A stretch of 63,005 bases of DNA, filler included, from Octopus bimaculoides (GCF_001194135.2; 10 parts of 10 records of this genome joined end to end with filler, not necessarily neighbours in it); one strand, 5' to 3'. Positions 23,872-37,822 are shown, numbered from the whole stretch's first letter. Made by a program: numbers and translations. The notes: a model not told the origin generated them from the letters alone.

Positions 23872-25344
23872 GCTTCTTAATTTATCCTTTTACTTATTTT
23901 AGCCATTGGACTGCAACCATGCTTGGACACCATCTCGAAGTCTCTCGTCGACCAAATAGGCTCCTCTACTAACGTTTTAATCTTTTATTTATTCTGTCAG
24001 TTACGTTTCCCTAAATGACAAGGAAACAGGAGTCACACGTTCAATTTCATTAGATTGCAACTGTTTGCTATAAGAAGCTGAGTGTGTGTGTGCAACATCC
24101 TGTAGCCATTAGTATAGAATTTTGCAGGAGCCATTTATAGCCGAAACAGTTGTAAGTAAACTGCGTGGCACCTTAGCAGTTGTGTAAAAGAAACCGATAT
24201 AGTAAGTATAAAACATCAATGAATAAATAAAGAAAGAAAGAAATAAGGACAAGTGGCGGTTTCTTCAGATAAACCTTTGAAAGAGGTGCCCCAGTATGGC
24301 CGTAGTCCATTGACTGAAACGAGCAAAAGCTATCGAATAATAATTTATCGTCATACATAAATCATGAACTGACAAATCTTCAAGGTGCGGAACACGCTTT
24401 AGACAATTAATGGCCCGATATAATTTGTAAATTTATGAGAGTGTGATTTTGTCTTTCAGTATTACGTTGAATATACATGTATGACATTTTGTTTCCTGCT
24501 GACCCTATATTTACTGGAAGGAACCGTAGCAACTCATTAAGTTGTACAAACAAAGCTAACTTTCATGGACTTAGGCATAATATATAATATAATAAAATGG
24601 AGGGGAATATGTGGTGCTCATCAACTTGCAGACATTGTATGATGTCAATTTACCTGTTTATTTTTCAACTAAGAGGACAGGACAATAAAAAACAATATAC
24701 AAACACATATGACATATTATGTCATATCAGTAATAAAAAAAAGTAAAAAAGGACACCTAGTGACCGAAGAAGAGACAATATCTTACAGTTGTTTCAGCCT
24801 AGAGGTGACGTGCCTCATTCTCTCTACATAACTCCAGTAAGCTGGAGTAATTGATAGATGAAATGGATGAAATAGAGGTACATGTATGATTCTTTAGGCC
24901 TCTTCAGAGATTTACAAAGTTGTTTGTAAATCTCTGAGTTATATATATACGCGCACACACACACACACACACACACACNNNNNNNNNNNNNNNNNNNNNN
25001 NNNNNNNNNNNNNNNNNNNNNNNNNNNNNNNNNNNNNNNNNNNNNNNNNNNNNNNNNNNNNNNNNNNNNNNNNNNNNNNNNNNNNNNNNNNNNNNNNNNN
25101 NNNNNNNNNNNNNNNNNNNNNNNNNNNNNNNNNNNNNNNNNNNNNNNNNNNNNNNNNNNNNNNNNNNNNNNNNNNNNNNNNNNNNNNNNNNNNNNNNNNN
25201 NNNNNNNNNNNNNNNNNNNNNNNNNNNNNNNNNNNNNNNNNNNNNNNNNNNNNNNNNNNNNNNNNNNNNNNNNNNNNNNNNNNNNNNNNNNNNNNNNNNN
25301 NNNNNNNNNNNNNNNNNNNNNNNNNNNNNNATATATACATACAC

Positions 25345-25389
<45 letters not shown>

Positions 25390-25656
25390 CATAAATGTAT
25401 ATGTGTATGTATGTATGTATGTGTGTGTATGTGTATACAGGTGGACAGACAGATAGATATATACAACTGGATGGCCACAGACGTCCTAAAGCAAAGTAGG
25501 ACCGTTAACATGTTTCCGCCATCATGCTGAAAGAAACTTGTTAATGATCAATATTTCAAGTTTCGATTATAACGATATCTTGAATGTAATATAACACGTA
25601 TCATACTTGTCTAGAATAAAAAGGAAATTAAAAATAAAAAGCAACGTATTGCCTAC

Positions 25657-25676
25657 ACCACTGATAATCACAACAC
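25657..25676 (-). CDS. Candidate 20-nt microexon (CCDYQW)
   Basis: Strong acceptor cttcctcgttttatcttccag, weaker donor gtaggc; phase 2-1 fits the neighbours, but the exon can be bypassed with the internal acceptor of the 21.8-kb exon. Confidence 0.3.
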
Positions 25677-25836
25677 CTGGAAGATAAAACGAGGAAGATC
25701 TACAAACTTCCAAGTGCAGGGAACTTTATTATAAAGAAACCAACAAGGAAATACAAATTTGGTAATACAAACAGGAAAATAGAACCCAAGAACATGATTA
25801 TATAGTTATATGTATATATATTTATATGTGTGTATC

Positions 25837-25901
<65 letters not shown>

Positions 25902-26429
25902 TTAATCAGCTGAAGCTTCAATGTCATATTTGTTTTACATAATATGCTGACAGAATCGTTACTGCGCTGGGCAAAATGCTCAGCGGCATTTCATCCGTTT
26001 TAACGTTTTGAGTTCATTTATTTAAATAATCGGCCGAAGCTTTTGTGGTCGATAAGATAAGTACCAGTTGAGCACTGGGGCGGATATAACTTGCCGGTCT
26101 TCTACCAGAATTTGAAACCAGCATGCATGAACGCTGATAAGGGCATAAACACACCCACACGCAGATACTCACACATTCGCATGTACACTTATACAGCTGC
26201 ATATAGGTACGTATATCCGTCGGATTTCCGCAGATATTTCGTTAACTAAATTTCTCTCAGAAGTAATTTGTCAACTTGAGGTTATAAATGAAGAACTTAA
26301 TGTCGAGGATCTCTTAATGGCTCAAAGTTATAATATATTTGATAAGACGGTCTCAGAGACACTAGTAAAAAGTGTTACTGAGTATATTTCAAAAATCCCT
26401 GGAGTAAATTCAGTTAAAACTACCCAAAG

Positions 26430-26705
26430 TTGATCTCGGCGGGATTTGAACTCTTTCTACTATAGGCACAAGGCTTGGCTTATATATTCCTTTCTGCTCT
26501 AGGCACAAGGCCCGAAATTTTGGGGAAGTGGGCCAATCGATTATATCAACCCCAGTACGCAACTGGTACTTAATTTATCGACCCCGAAAGGATGAAAGGC
26601 AAAGTCCAGCTCAACGGAATTTGAACTCAGAACGTAAAGACAAACAAAATACTGCTAAGCATTTCGCCCGGCGTGCTAACGATTGTGCCAGCTCGCCACC
26701 TTACA
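26430..26705 (-). mobile_element. SINE family B
   Basis: Meta-like core plus tRNA-like head, with partial duplication at its 3' end. Confidence 0.75.
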
Positions 26706-26722
26706 CGAATAATTAATTGACA

Positions 26723-26770
<48 letters not shown>

Positions 26771-28043
26771 ACAGACACACACACACATCACACAGACACA
26801 CACAGACACAGACACATATATGTTCGTGTTGGTGTGTTTACGTCCCCTTACCTAGAGGTTCGGCAAAAGGGACCGATAGAATAAGTAAATACTAGGCCTT
26901 TAAAAAAAAGCTCAGGGGTCGATTTATTCAACTAAAACCCTTCAGGGTGATGCTCCAGCATGATCGCAGGCAAATGACTAAAACAAGTAAAAATTAAAAA
27001 GATTTTCGTATTTAACAAAGCATAATTTTTTCTCAAATTGTTAAAAACGCTAGAAATGAGAAAAATTAAACTGCTTGTTCATAAGAAAACTTTCGTTCGC
27101 ACATGACAAAAAAAATCGAATGAGTCTTTATGTGCAAAAATATAAAATCCAACAGCCTATGTAACGCTTATAAACAGAACCAGAAGAGATAATAACTACT
27201 ACAATAACTTAATCTTTCGTTGATAATGTTGGAAGGGTATGAGATAAACTAAGGTAACATGTCATACGGGTCAAGGCAATGTTATTTTTGAAAGCAGCTC
27301 AGATAATGAAATTTGCTTCTCTAATGAGAATCTATGCTTTTCTTTTGGTACACAAATACTTAAATCGGGTTTGTCTATTTCTGTCTTTCCTCTTGATATT
27401 TGTAAAATATGACATACTTGAATACCTGCATGTGTGGTAAATAGCTTGCTCCCCAGTTACATGGTTCTGGGTTCAGTCCCACTGCGTATCACCTTGGGCA
27501 AGTATCTTCTATTATAGCCTTGGGCCGACCAAAGCCTTGTGAGTGGATTTGATGGACGGAATTTGAAAGGCCATCATATATATCTTACCATTCATTGGGA
27601 AGCAATATGTATAGTTATTACCATTTTTTACTTGTTTCAGTCATTAGACTGCGTCCATGTTGGGGCACCGCCTTGAAGAAAAGTTTTAGTCGAATAAATC
27701 GACCCCAGTACTTTTTATAACTGGTACTTATTCTATCGGTGTCTCTTGCCGAACCGCTAAGTTACGGGGACGTAAAAACACCAACTCCGATTGTGAAGCG
27801 GTGGTGGGGACAAACACAACCACACAGATACCCCACACATACTCACACAAACCTACACACCTGCACCAGACATATAAAATGTGATGGTGTCGATTTATCA
27901 ATGACCAAAGCAAGTAAAACATAAAGATGAAATAACAATATGTAACAGAAATTGCCAAAGAGAAAATAGCTTTTTTATAAATTTTTATTTTTCTTAGAAA
28001 GAAATAAAGAAAAGTTATGAATGAATGAGAAAGATCCGCTCAC

Positions 28044-28143
28044 GTAACTTTCTTATGATCAGTAGACAACACCCCAAAAGATCTTTTAAAAATCATAAAA
28101 CTGTCTTTAAATGGTTTGGCATTTCTAAGTCTATCATATGCTG
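28044..28143 (-). CDS. Candidate coding exon, 100 nt (AYDRLRNAKPFKDSFMIFKRSFGVLSTDHKKV)
   Basis: Acceptor gtctttgtag (NAGNAG), donor gtgagc; only the phase 1-2 frame is open. Confidence 0.5.
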
Positions 28144-29202
28144 CTACAAAGACGTATCTTTAATCTTTTATCTTTTGCTTGATTCAGTCTTTCTCACGAA
28201 ACGCACGGATGCCGGAGAACCACGTTTGCAAAAGACGACTGCACATATAGGGACAGCGTTAAAATAACAATAACAAAAAGAACCTAATATAATCTACAGT
28301 ATATTCTAATACATATACATATATATATATACATATATATATATATGTATATATACATACATATATACATACATACATAGATACACAGACACAGACACAC
28401 AAAGACACACAAATACACACACACAGACACACACACACACGCACACACACACACACGCACACACACACACATTCACACAGACATGTATATATAAACAAAC
28501 AGGTGCGCGCACACACACATGCAAACACATACAAACATACATTTGAATAATCTGTCATTGTATAAGGCGGTGAGCTGGCAGTATAGGTAACACGCCGGAC
28601 AAAATGCTTAGCGGTATTTCGTCCCGTCTTTACGTTCTCGGCTCAAAATCTCCCGAGGTCGACTTTGCTCCGATTGTGAAGCGGTGGTGGGTACAAACAC
28701 AACCACACAGATACCCCACACATACTCACACAAACCTACACACCTGCACCAGACATATAAAATGTGATGGTGTCGATTTATCAATGACTAAGCAAGTAAA
28801 ACATAAAGATGAAAAAGAGTTATACTTAGAAAGTCAAAACCTCTCACTAATAAATGCACATACACAGAGGTCCTTTTCTGTCCTTTGAAAAACAGGCAAC
28901 CTTACAACACACACGCATACAAAAAATAGACACTCATGCACACATACATACATACATACATAATACATACATACATACATACATACATACATACATACAT
29001 ACATACATACATACATACATACGTATATACATACGTGCATAGTAAATGAACAAATAACAAGGGATGGATAATGTGTCAGTTCACCACAGCTGCTTCCAAC
29101 AAATTTTTAATTGACTAATGGACACACTACATCATTAGAAAAACCCGTTTTAGTCAGTTGAGTTCATGAACACTAACATTCAAAATCATTCAAAATCCAA
29201 CA

Positions 29203-29290
29203 GGATGTTCATCAAATGATTCCATAACCCTTGCTGGTCATCGAATGAATTTGATCAGCAAGGGTCACAGAATCATGAAGATGCATATCC
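29203..29290 (-). ncRNA. Candidate pri-miRNA hairpin (intronic; strand not certain)
   Basis: 25-bp upper stem (29216-29240 / 29252-29276), 11-nt loop, 2x3 internal loop, 11-bp lower stem; sequence does not match the repeats in this window. Confidence 0.45.
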
Positions 29291-29752
29291 TTCGAAAACC
29301 TGGACCGGAGAGATTATGTCCGGGTGGAGAATTATACCAGATATAGTATTATACAAAATACCGAAAGGATCTTCACCTCTTACATCACACATTTCTTCTT
29401 ACTTCAACGTCGAGATGGTATAATTTCCTGGGAGAGAGNNNNNNNNNNNNNNNNNNNNNNNNNNNNNNNNNNNNNNNNNNNNTTAATTAATTAANNNNNN
29501 NNNNNNNNNNNNNNNNNNNNNNNNNNNNNNNNNNNNNNTATATATATATATATATATATACATATATTTATGTGTATATAAATAGATACATATATACATG
29601 CATACATACATGCATGCATACATACATACATGCATACATAGGTAGATATATAGAGACAATTATATAAACAAGGAGTGACGTCTATAAGGAAGCCACTATG
29701 ACTACATGTGTGTGTGTCTGTATAACTATATAAGTTCCTGTCTGTGAGTGCT

Positions 29753-29813
<61 letters not shown>

Positions 29814-30309
29814 ATGTGATTGTGAGTGATTGTGTGCCCGCGCGATAAGTGTGTCTATGTGGCAAGAGAGAGACATGGATGAATGGATGCTCTGAAGTGA
29901 AGGATGCGATCACTGAATTTAAAAAAAGAAGAAACAAAACAAAAACATGTCGGATTAAATAAGTAAATAAACAACGATTTTGAGAATCAGGAATAAAGAA
30001 GCAACTAACTAGCATATGTACATATATATATATATATATATATATGTATACATACATATATACATACATATACACATGCATAAAAAACATGCATTCATAC
30101 ATAGATATGTAGACCTATAGGTATATGTAGATATGTGGATATAAACACGATATAAGATAAAGTTCCATAAATATAACATATAAATGTGAAGAAGTATATG
30201 GAAACTATATTTATCTGTCCGACATCTTGTTAAACTTGTTGTTTGACAAAGAAACTGAGTGTAAACAATTGACTATCAGCTCGTTTGGAAAACAGGAAAA
30301 AAAAAAAGA

Positions 30310-30387
<78 letters not shown>

Positions 30388-31590
30388 AAGAAGAAGAAGA
30401 AGAAGAAGAAGAAGAAGAAGAAGAAGAAGAAGAAGNNNNNNNNNNNNNNNNNNNNNNNNNNNNNNNNNNNNNNNNNNNNNNNNNNNNNNNNNNNNNNNNN
30501 NNNNNNNNNNNNNNNNNNNNNNNNNNNNNNNNNNNNNNNNNNNNNNNNNNNNNNNNNNNNNNNNNNNNNNNNNNNNNNNNNNNNNNNNNNNNNNNNNNNN
30601 NNNNNNNNNNNNNNNNNNNNNNNNNNNNNNNNNNNNNNNNNNNNNNNNNNNNNNNNNNNNNNNNNNNNNNNNNNNNNNNNNNNNNNNNNNNNNNNNNNNN
30701 NNNNNNNNNNNNNNNNNNNNNNNNNNNNNNNNNNNNNNNNNNNNNNNNNNNNNNNNNNNNNNNNNNNNNNNNNNNNNNNNNNNNNNNNNNNNNNNNNNNN
30801 NNNNNNNNNNNNNNNNNNNNNNNNNNNNNNNNNNNNNNNNNNNNNNNNNNNNNNNNNNNNNNNNNNNNNNNNNNNNNNNNNNNNNNNNNNNNNNNNNNNN
30901 NNNNNNNNNNNNNNNNNNNNNNNNNNNNNNNNNNNNNNNNNNNNNNNNNNNNNNNNNNNNNNNNNNNNNNNNNNNNNNNNNNNNNNNNNNNNNNNNNNNN
31001 NNNNNNNNNNNNNNNNNNNNNNNNNNNNNNNNNNNNNNNNNNNNNNNNNNNNNNNNNNNNNNNNNNNNNNNNNNNNNNNNNNNNNNNNNNNNNNNNNNNN
31101 NNNNNNNNNNNNNNNNNNNNNNNNNNNNNNNNNNNNNNNNNNNNNNNNNNNNNNNNNNNNNNNNNNNNNNNNNNNNNNNNNNNNNNNNNNNNNNNNNNNN
31201 NNNNNNNNNNNNNNNNNNNNNNNNNNNNNNNNNNNNNNNNNNNNNNNNNNNNNNNNNNNNNNNNNNNNNNNNNNNNNNNNNNNNNNNNNNNNNNNNNNNN
31301 NNNNNNNNNNNNNNTATATATATATATATATATATATATATCCATATACATATATATATGTTTATATATATACATATATACATAGATATATGCATATATA
31401 TATTTCTACATACATTTATATATATCTACATACATATATATATATCCACATACATATATATGTGCATACACACACACACACACATATATCTGTATCTACA
31501 TACCGTGCATTCGTATACATAAATACAGTTATAGATAGATAGTTAGATAGATATTTAGATAGACAGACAGACAGACAGACAGATAGATAA

Positions 31591-31637
<47 letters not shown>

Positions 31638-31990
31638 CATAGATAGATAGGTAGATAAATAGATAGATGGATAGATAGATAGATAGATAGATACATAGAT
31701 AGATAGGTAGATATACGCACAAATATGCATGCATACATACATTCATACATCCATCTATCCATACAAGCATATTTACATGCATACATGTATGCATGCATAC
31801 ATGCATATGTATGTGTGTATGCTTTGCTATGTACGTTCTTATGGGAAAACGTCTACAGAATTGACGCGAACATTATTGAGAGCCTCATAGAAATACGCAC
31901 ATCCGAGTCCTTTAGATGATGTAGTCTGAAACAGTGGATTAATCAACAATATCTGAGAGAAGCCCAGCAACATGCCACGCTTTTGTGTAC

Positions 31991-32012
31991 CTGTGTGAAA
32001 CTCGGAGTAATG
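31991..32012 (-). CDS. Candidate 22-nt exon (HYSEFHT)
   Basis: Acceptor tattctctctag, donor CAG|gtacac; phase 0-1 bridges the 37.8-kb and 28.1-kb exons; all three frames are open, so the frame comes from context. Confidence 0.42.
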
Positions 32013-32111
32013 CTAGAGAGAATATACTGACTCTCTCTCTCTCTCTCTTTCCCAGTATATACTAATCCCGCCGCAGATTTTGAGAGCACTTTTCTTCCTT
32101 TGAAGTTGTAC

Positions 32112-32142
<31 letters not shown>

Positions 32143-33055
32143 NNNNNNNNNNNNNNNNNNNNNNNNNNNNNNNNNNNNNNNNNNNNNNNNNNNNNNNNNN
32201 NNNNNNNNNNNNNNNNNNNNNNNNNNNNNNNNNNNNNNNNNNNNNNNNNNNNNNNNNNNNNNNNNNNNNNNNNNNNNNNNNNNNNNNNNNNNNNNNNNNN
32301 NNNNNNNNNNNNNNNNNNNNNNNNNNNNNNNNNNNNNNNNNNNNNNNNNNNNNNNNNNNNNNNNNNNNNNNNNNNNNNNNNNNNNNNNNNNNNNNNNNNN
32401 NNNNNNNNNNNNNNNNNNNNNNNNNNNNNNNNNNNNNNNNNNNNNNNNNNNNNNNNNNNNNNNNNNNNNNNNNNNNNNNNNNNNNNNNNNNNNNNNNNNN
32501 NNNNNNNNNNNNNNNNNNNNNNNNNNNNNNNNNNNNNNNNNNNNNNNNNNNNNNNNNNNNNNNNNNNNNNNNNNNNNNNNNNNNNNNNNNNNNNNNNNNN
32601 NNNNNNNNNNNNNNNNNNNNNNNNNNNNNNNNNNNNNNNNNNNNNNNNNNNNNNNNNNNNNNNNNNNNNNNNNNNNNNNNNNNNNNNNNNNNNNNNNNNN
32701 NNNNNNNNNNNNNNNNNNNNNNNNNNNNNNNNNNNNNNNNNNNNNNNNNNNNNNNNNNNNNNNNNNNNNNNNNNNNNNNNNNNNNNNNNNNNNNNNNNNN
32801 NNNNNNNNNNNNNNNNNNNNNNNNNNNNNNNNNNNNNNNNNNNNNNNNNNNNNNNNNNNNNNNNNNNNNNNNNNNNNNNNNNNNNNNNNNNNNNNNNNNN
32901 NNNNNNNNNNNNNNNNNNNNNNNNNNNNNNNNNNNNNNNNNNNNNNNNNNNNNNNNNNNNNNNNNNNNNNNNNNNNNNNNNNNNNNNNNNNNNNNNNNNN
33001 NNNNNNNNNNNNNNNNNNNNNNNNNNNNNNNNNNNNNNNNNNNNNNNNNNNNNNN

Positions 33056-33093
<38 letters not shown>

Positions 33094-33409
33094 GCAGAGA
33101 CATTTAGATACATATTTATATATTTATACATAAATATACACACACATCTATATCTATATCTATCTATCTATGTGTGTGTGTGTTTACACAAGATCTATGT
33201 GAATGCGTAAATGTAGACGTATGTGTAGTACACACATGCATGAACGCAGACATTAAGACTTTGGAAAAGGAAGGGGACGAAGGGGAGGAGGAAGAGGAAG
33301 CGCACTGGACGAGTAAAACGGAACAAAGAGAGCCAGGTTGGAGTGCTTGTCGCTGTTGTTGTGAAGGCGGGTGTGATGGCGCAGACGGTCCTTATGATGA
33401 AGAGGCTGA

Positions 33410-33432
33410 TGACGATGATGTCGATGATGACA

Positions 33433-33469
<37 letters not shown>

Positions 33470-33600
33470 CGAAGACGACAACGATAATTATGATGATGAT
33501 GATGATGGTTTTGACGATGATGTTGATGAAGTCGATGATGATGATGTTGATGATGTATGATGATGAGAATATGGATGAGGATGAAGATGATTATGTTGAA
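33410..33600. repeat. Degenerate (GAT)n microsatellite
   Basis: Directly visible. Confidence 0.9.
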
Positions 33601-33799
33601 GATGGCGTCCCGTTGTCAATTCTTTCCTGGCATTGTATAGAAATAGGAGAAAAATTAACGATAACGAGGCAAGAGACCTGCTGATTTAAGGAGGGTAATA
33701 TACATACATACATACGTACATACGTACATACGTACATACATACATACATACATACAGATATACACACATACATACACGCATACATAAATACATATATAC

Positions 33800-33848
<49 letters not shown>

Positions 33849-34232
33849 NNNNNNNNNNNNNNNNNNNNNNNNNNNNNNNNNNNNNNNNNNNNTTAATTAA
33901 TTAANNNNNNNNNNNNNNNNNNNNNNNNNNNNNNNNNNNNNNNNNNNNGACATGAAGTAAGACCATACATCATACACTGAGTGTAAAGCAATATGCATCA
34001 TATTTATGTCGGATTAAAAAAAAAAATGTTTTTGAAAATATTCATTAAAGTGTTGGCGTTGTTCCAGTAATTCACATTCAATTTGGATCCTTGAATAGTA
34101 TGTTGATCCTTCTACTTGTCTTTCATCTGTGTTGTAAATAATGTGCTCATGCAGATCATATACAGAGTGCCTCAGATATTCGAGAGCAAAATTTTAATTT
34201 AAGAAAACCAAAAATATTTATTAAAATATAAT

Positions 34233-34492
34233 TCTTTTATTCTTTTACTTGTTTCATTCGTTCGATTGCGGTCATGCTGGAGCACCACCTTCAAGGGTTT
34301 TTTTTTTTAGTCGAAAAAATCAAACACCAGGACTTATTTTTTTAAGCCGAGTACTTATTCTATCGGCACTTTTGCTGATCCGCTAGGTTACAGAGACTTA
34401 CATACAACACCGGTTGTCAAGTGGAGATAGGGTTGGCAGTACAAACGCAGGCACAAAGAAAAACACACATAGATACACACACACACACACAC

Positions 34493-34536
<44 letters not shown>

Positions 34537-34676
34537 GACAGGCTTCTTTCAGTTTCCGTCTACCAAATCCACTCACAAGACGTTGATCGGCTCGAGGTTA
34601 TAGTAGAAGACATCTACCCAGGATGCCACGCAGTGAGACTGAACTCGGAACTATGTGGTTGAAAACCAAGCTTCTT
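34233..34676 (-). mobile_element. SINE family A, near full length
   Basis: Reverse complement of the 10984-11494 structure. Confidence 0.8.
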
Positions 34677-34833
34677 TATTTCATTAAATTTACCATTTAG
34701 GCATAACATAGATTAGCAGAAGCTAGGGTTGGACAGAAACATTAATGAAATGAGATGAATAGTGTACATGATGATATAGATGGGAGAAGACAAAGCCGCC
34801 CACTGAACTTTGCTTCTCTAAAACTTTGTTCTC

Positions 34834-36000
34834 TTTTTTTTTTTAAATCATATATTTTAAACAAACAGAATTCAATTATAACAGTCAATTCAATTTCTCA
34901 TATATGAGGCAACAAGCCTCTTACAAATGTTCATATTGTTCATGTCTATCACTGAAACATTTTCGCCTTTCATGCATAACCCTCCTCATCACTTGTGTGT
35001 CCGATTCCCATCAACGCCCACGCCCTCTCTAGGCACACGTCGAGTGGCGTGTCGGTGTCGCCAGGCACCACGTAAAATATTTCTCTGAAGTCATATAGCT
35101 TCTGCACTGTGTCCCATATTAAGGCCTTCACAATTATCTGCGGAGGCCATTCGGAATCCCGCATGCAAGCCATGGTTACTCCCTTAGGATATTTTTCTAA
35201 CTCCTTTTCTATTTCCCCACCTCTGTAGAAGAAGACCAACGATTCTTCTTGCTCCGGTAAAGAGATAGACTTTTCCACCGTCGGTGGCACAATTCCTAGC
35301 GGCGGTGGTTCAACCTCCGTTGGCACCTTTTTCTTTATTTTTTTATTTTTTCCGGTGGGAGAAGAAGAGTCCGCCGGTTTACCCGGGGAACTCAATCCCT
35401 CTTCCAACTCTACATTTGTTTTCGGCGGGCTTCTATTAATGCCCGCCTTTCTCTTCTCTCCTCTTTCTGCTGATGCTACTGCCTCCCCATTATTTTCCTG
35501 CAGAGCAGAACTACTTTTTCTGTGGGTGTCTGCTCCTGGGTCCCTTTCGTGTCTCGGCAACAAGTCTCCCCCTCCAATAGGGGGGCGGCGGGCGCGTTTT
35601 CTTTATTCTGCTCCAGGACCTTACCACGGCCCTGGGGGCAGTTCTTTCTAATATGGCCAGGCTCCAGGCACTGGTGACACTTGGGGGGCGTCCCTCAAGG
35701 ATCACCGGGTACCTTTGGCCAGCCATCCTCAGAAAATCTGGGAAAACCAGATCTTTAGCTGATTGGGTCCATATGGTCAAAACAGCTTTCGACCCAACCC
35801 AATTAGCTGAAGTCAGAATTTTAACATTAATGATCCTGGATCCGCTACCACCCACCCGCTGGCAGATAGTGTCTTCTATCCACTCAGGCTCTATGCCGGG
35901 TGGCAGACCACAGATCCAAGCTCGTGTCAGTTTCTTCCCACAGTAAGTGAGGAGAAACAAGATATCCTGCCCTACAATGGGCTGGCTCGCAAATTTGCGA
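34834..36000 (-). mobile_element. L1/Tx1-type ORF1 (CCHC zinc knuckle) followed directly by a short UTR and poly(A); two frameshifts; 5' end lost in a gap
   Basis: RKFASQP..YCGKKLTRAWICGLPPGIEPEWI..VILEGRP(fs)KCHQCLEPGHIRKNC (35679-35638); last frame stops at 34970; A11 at 34844-34834. Confidence 0.75.
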
Positions 36001-36100
36001 NNNNNNNNNNNNNNNNNNNNNNNNNNNNNNNNNNNNNNNNNNNNTTAATTAATTAANNNNNNNNNNNNNNNNNNNNNNNNNNNNNNNNNNNNNNNNNNNN

Positions 36101-36158
<58 letters not shown>

Positions 36159-37822
36159 CGTGTGTGTATGTGTATGTGTGTGTATGTGTGTGTGTGTGTG
36201 TCTGTGTGTGTGTGTGTGTGTGAGAAAGATTGTGTGTGTGTGCGCGCGTATAAAAGGAGATAGAAAATTAATTTTAATAACAACAATATCAAGTGGTGAT
36301 GCTATGGCTATCGTTTGAGTCTTGTGATGAGGATGTCTTCATTCCATTGTACTCTTCATAGATTCTTAAAATGCCTTATGAATTCAATCATAGCTTTGAA
36401 AGTACGTATGCATTCAGAGCACGCAATTGCAGATGGCTGATCTCTTTTTGATTGTTGTGACTTCTCTCAGATTTTGTGTGTGTTTTCAATTCTACAGATT
36501 TCATTTTGAAAGTCATTGCAACTTTTCCAATGATAATGTATACCAATTTCCTGTTCGTGCATCGTATTCATAGTTACACATATTGACCGCGAACCCTTTC
36601 ATCATACCCATGCATTGACAATCGAAAACTATAAAAAGATAAATTATGTTTAGTAGTGAAATCTGCTGGACGTAACGACATGCAGTTCGCTGATGGACAA
36701 ATTAGTAACAGGTTTAGGGTATACTAGATATTATAGATGTAAAATGAAATGTCTCTTTCTCAACGATGCGGTCTCACTTCTGATTTATGAGATTCTAAAT
36801 TTATTAAGCAACACTAGGTATCATTAAAATGGAGTGGGGCTTACGATTTTGGATATCAATGATACATACTTCCTTCAGTATATTTGAAAGTTACTTGGAG
36901 AAGCTTCTCGAAAGTCAGAGAATTTTCTTCTTTTTATTTTGAAAATTAAATCCCATTAAAGGCTATTTTCAAATGTCAGAGTGAGTATATGTTTCTGTAG
37001 AAAGGCGCCGAAAATATGGCGCGGATATATTTTGGCTCCAGAACGAAATATTCTAAAGTAATAGAAGGAAACTGTTAAGGTTGGGGAAATTCCTCTATTG
37101 ATGTGACTAGATTGTCTTTTGCATTTGGCTTATATATATATATATATNNNNNNNNNNNNNNNNNNNNNNNNNNNNNNNNNNNNNNNNNNNNNNNNNNNNN
37201 NNNNNNNNNNNNNNNNNNNNNNNNNNNNNNNNNNNNNNNNNNNNNNNNNNNNNNNNNNNATATATCATGAAAATCCTGGTCCACTAGAGAAGGAAAGAGA
37301 TTGAAGTGTTCTGTCAAGACTTCTGTGTTTTTTGAAAAATTTTTTTGTGAAATTCTATTAAATAAGTTGCCTTCTACGAACAGTAATATTCCAATATTAA
37401 TTTAATTGATCTGTTAAGTGGTCAGTTCAGTACGGTGTTTTATATATTGTCCATTACTTGTAGTTGGTTGTGCACACATGATCTCCAATCGAACAGAACT
37501 ATATCAGAAAAATTAACCACAAACCGCAACTGTTCAGTTTTTCTATATTTACGTCAAACGTTCTACGGTTTGCATTATCCGCTGATTTTATTAAGACTGT
37601 ACTATGCGATTGAAATATAGTGCGACTGCTATTTTTTTCTGGCGCGTTAAGAAACGAGTACTGATTCTTTTATTGGCACATGTTTTAAGTATTTAGTATG
37701 TGAAGATGAAATTGTTACGATAATGCGTTTCATCGGCAGTCATTCGGATTGAATCGTCAGAGCTGTAACATCTGATCCAATCGATACAGTGTAGTAAAGA
37801 GATTTTAGCGAAATCTGCTTAC

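Noticed and set aside
29252-29270. CUGUGACC in the hairpin 5p arm shares a seed with miR-2001 as I recall it
   Set aside because: That start would leave ~17 bp of stem below the cut, too long for Drosha, and the rest does not match; probably coincidence
33174-33684. Asp-rich and Met-rich ORFs on the plus strand
   Set aside because: Translation of a decayed (GAT)n tract; no convincing splice sites or domain
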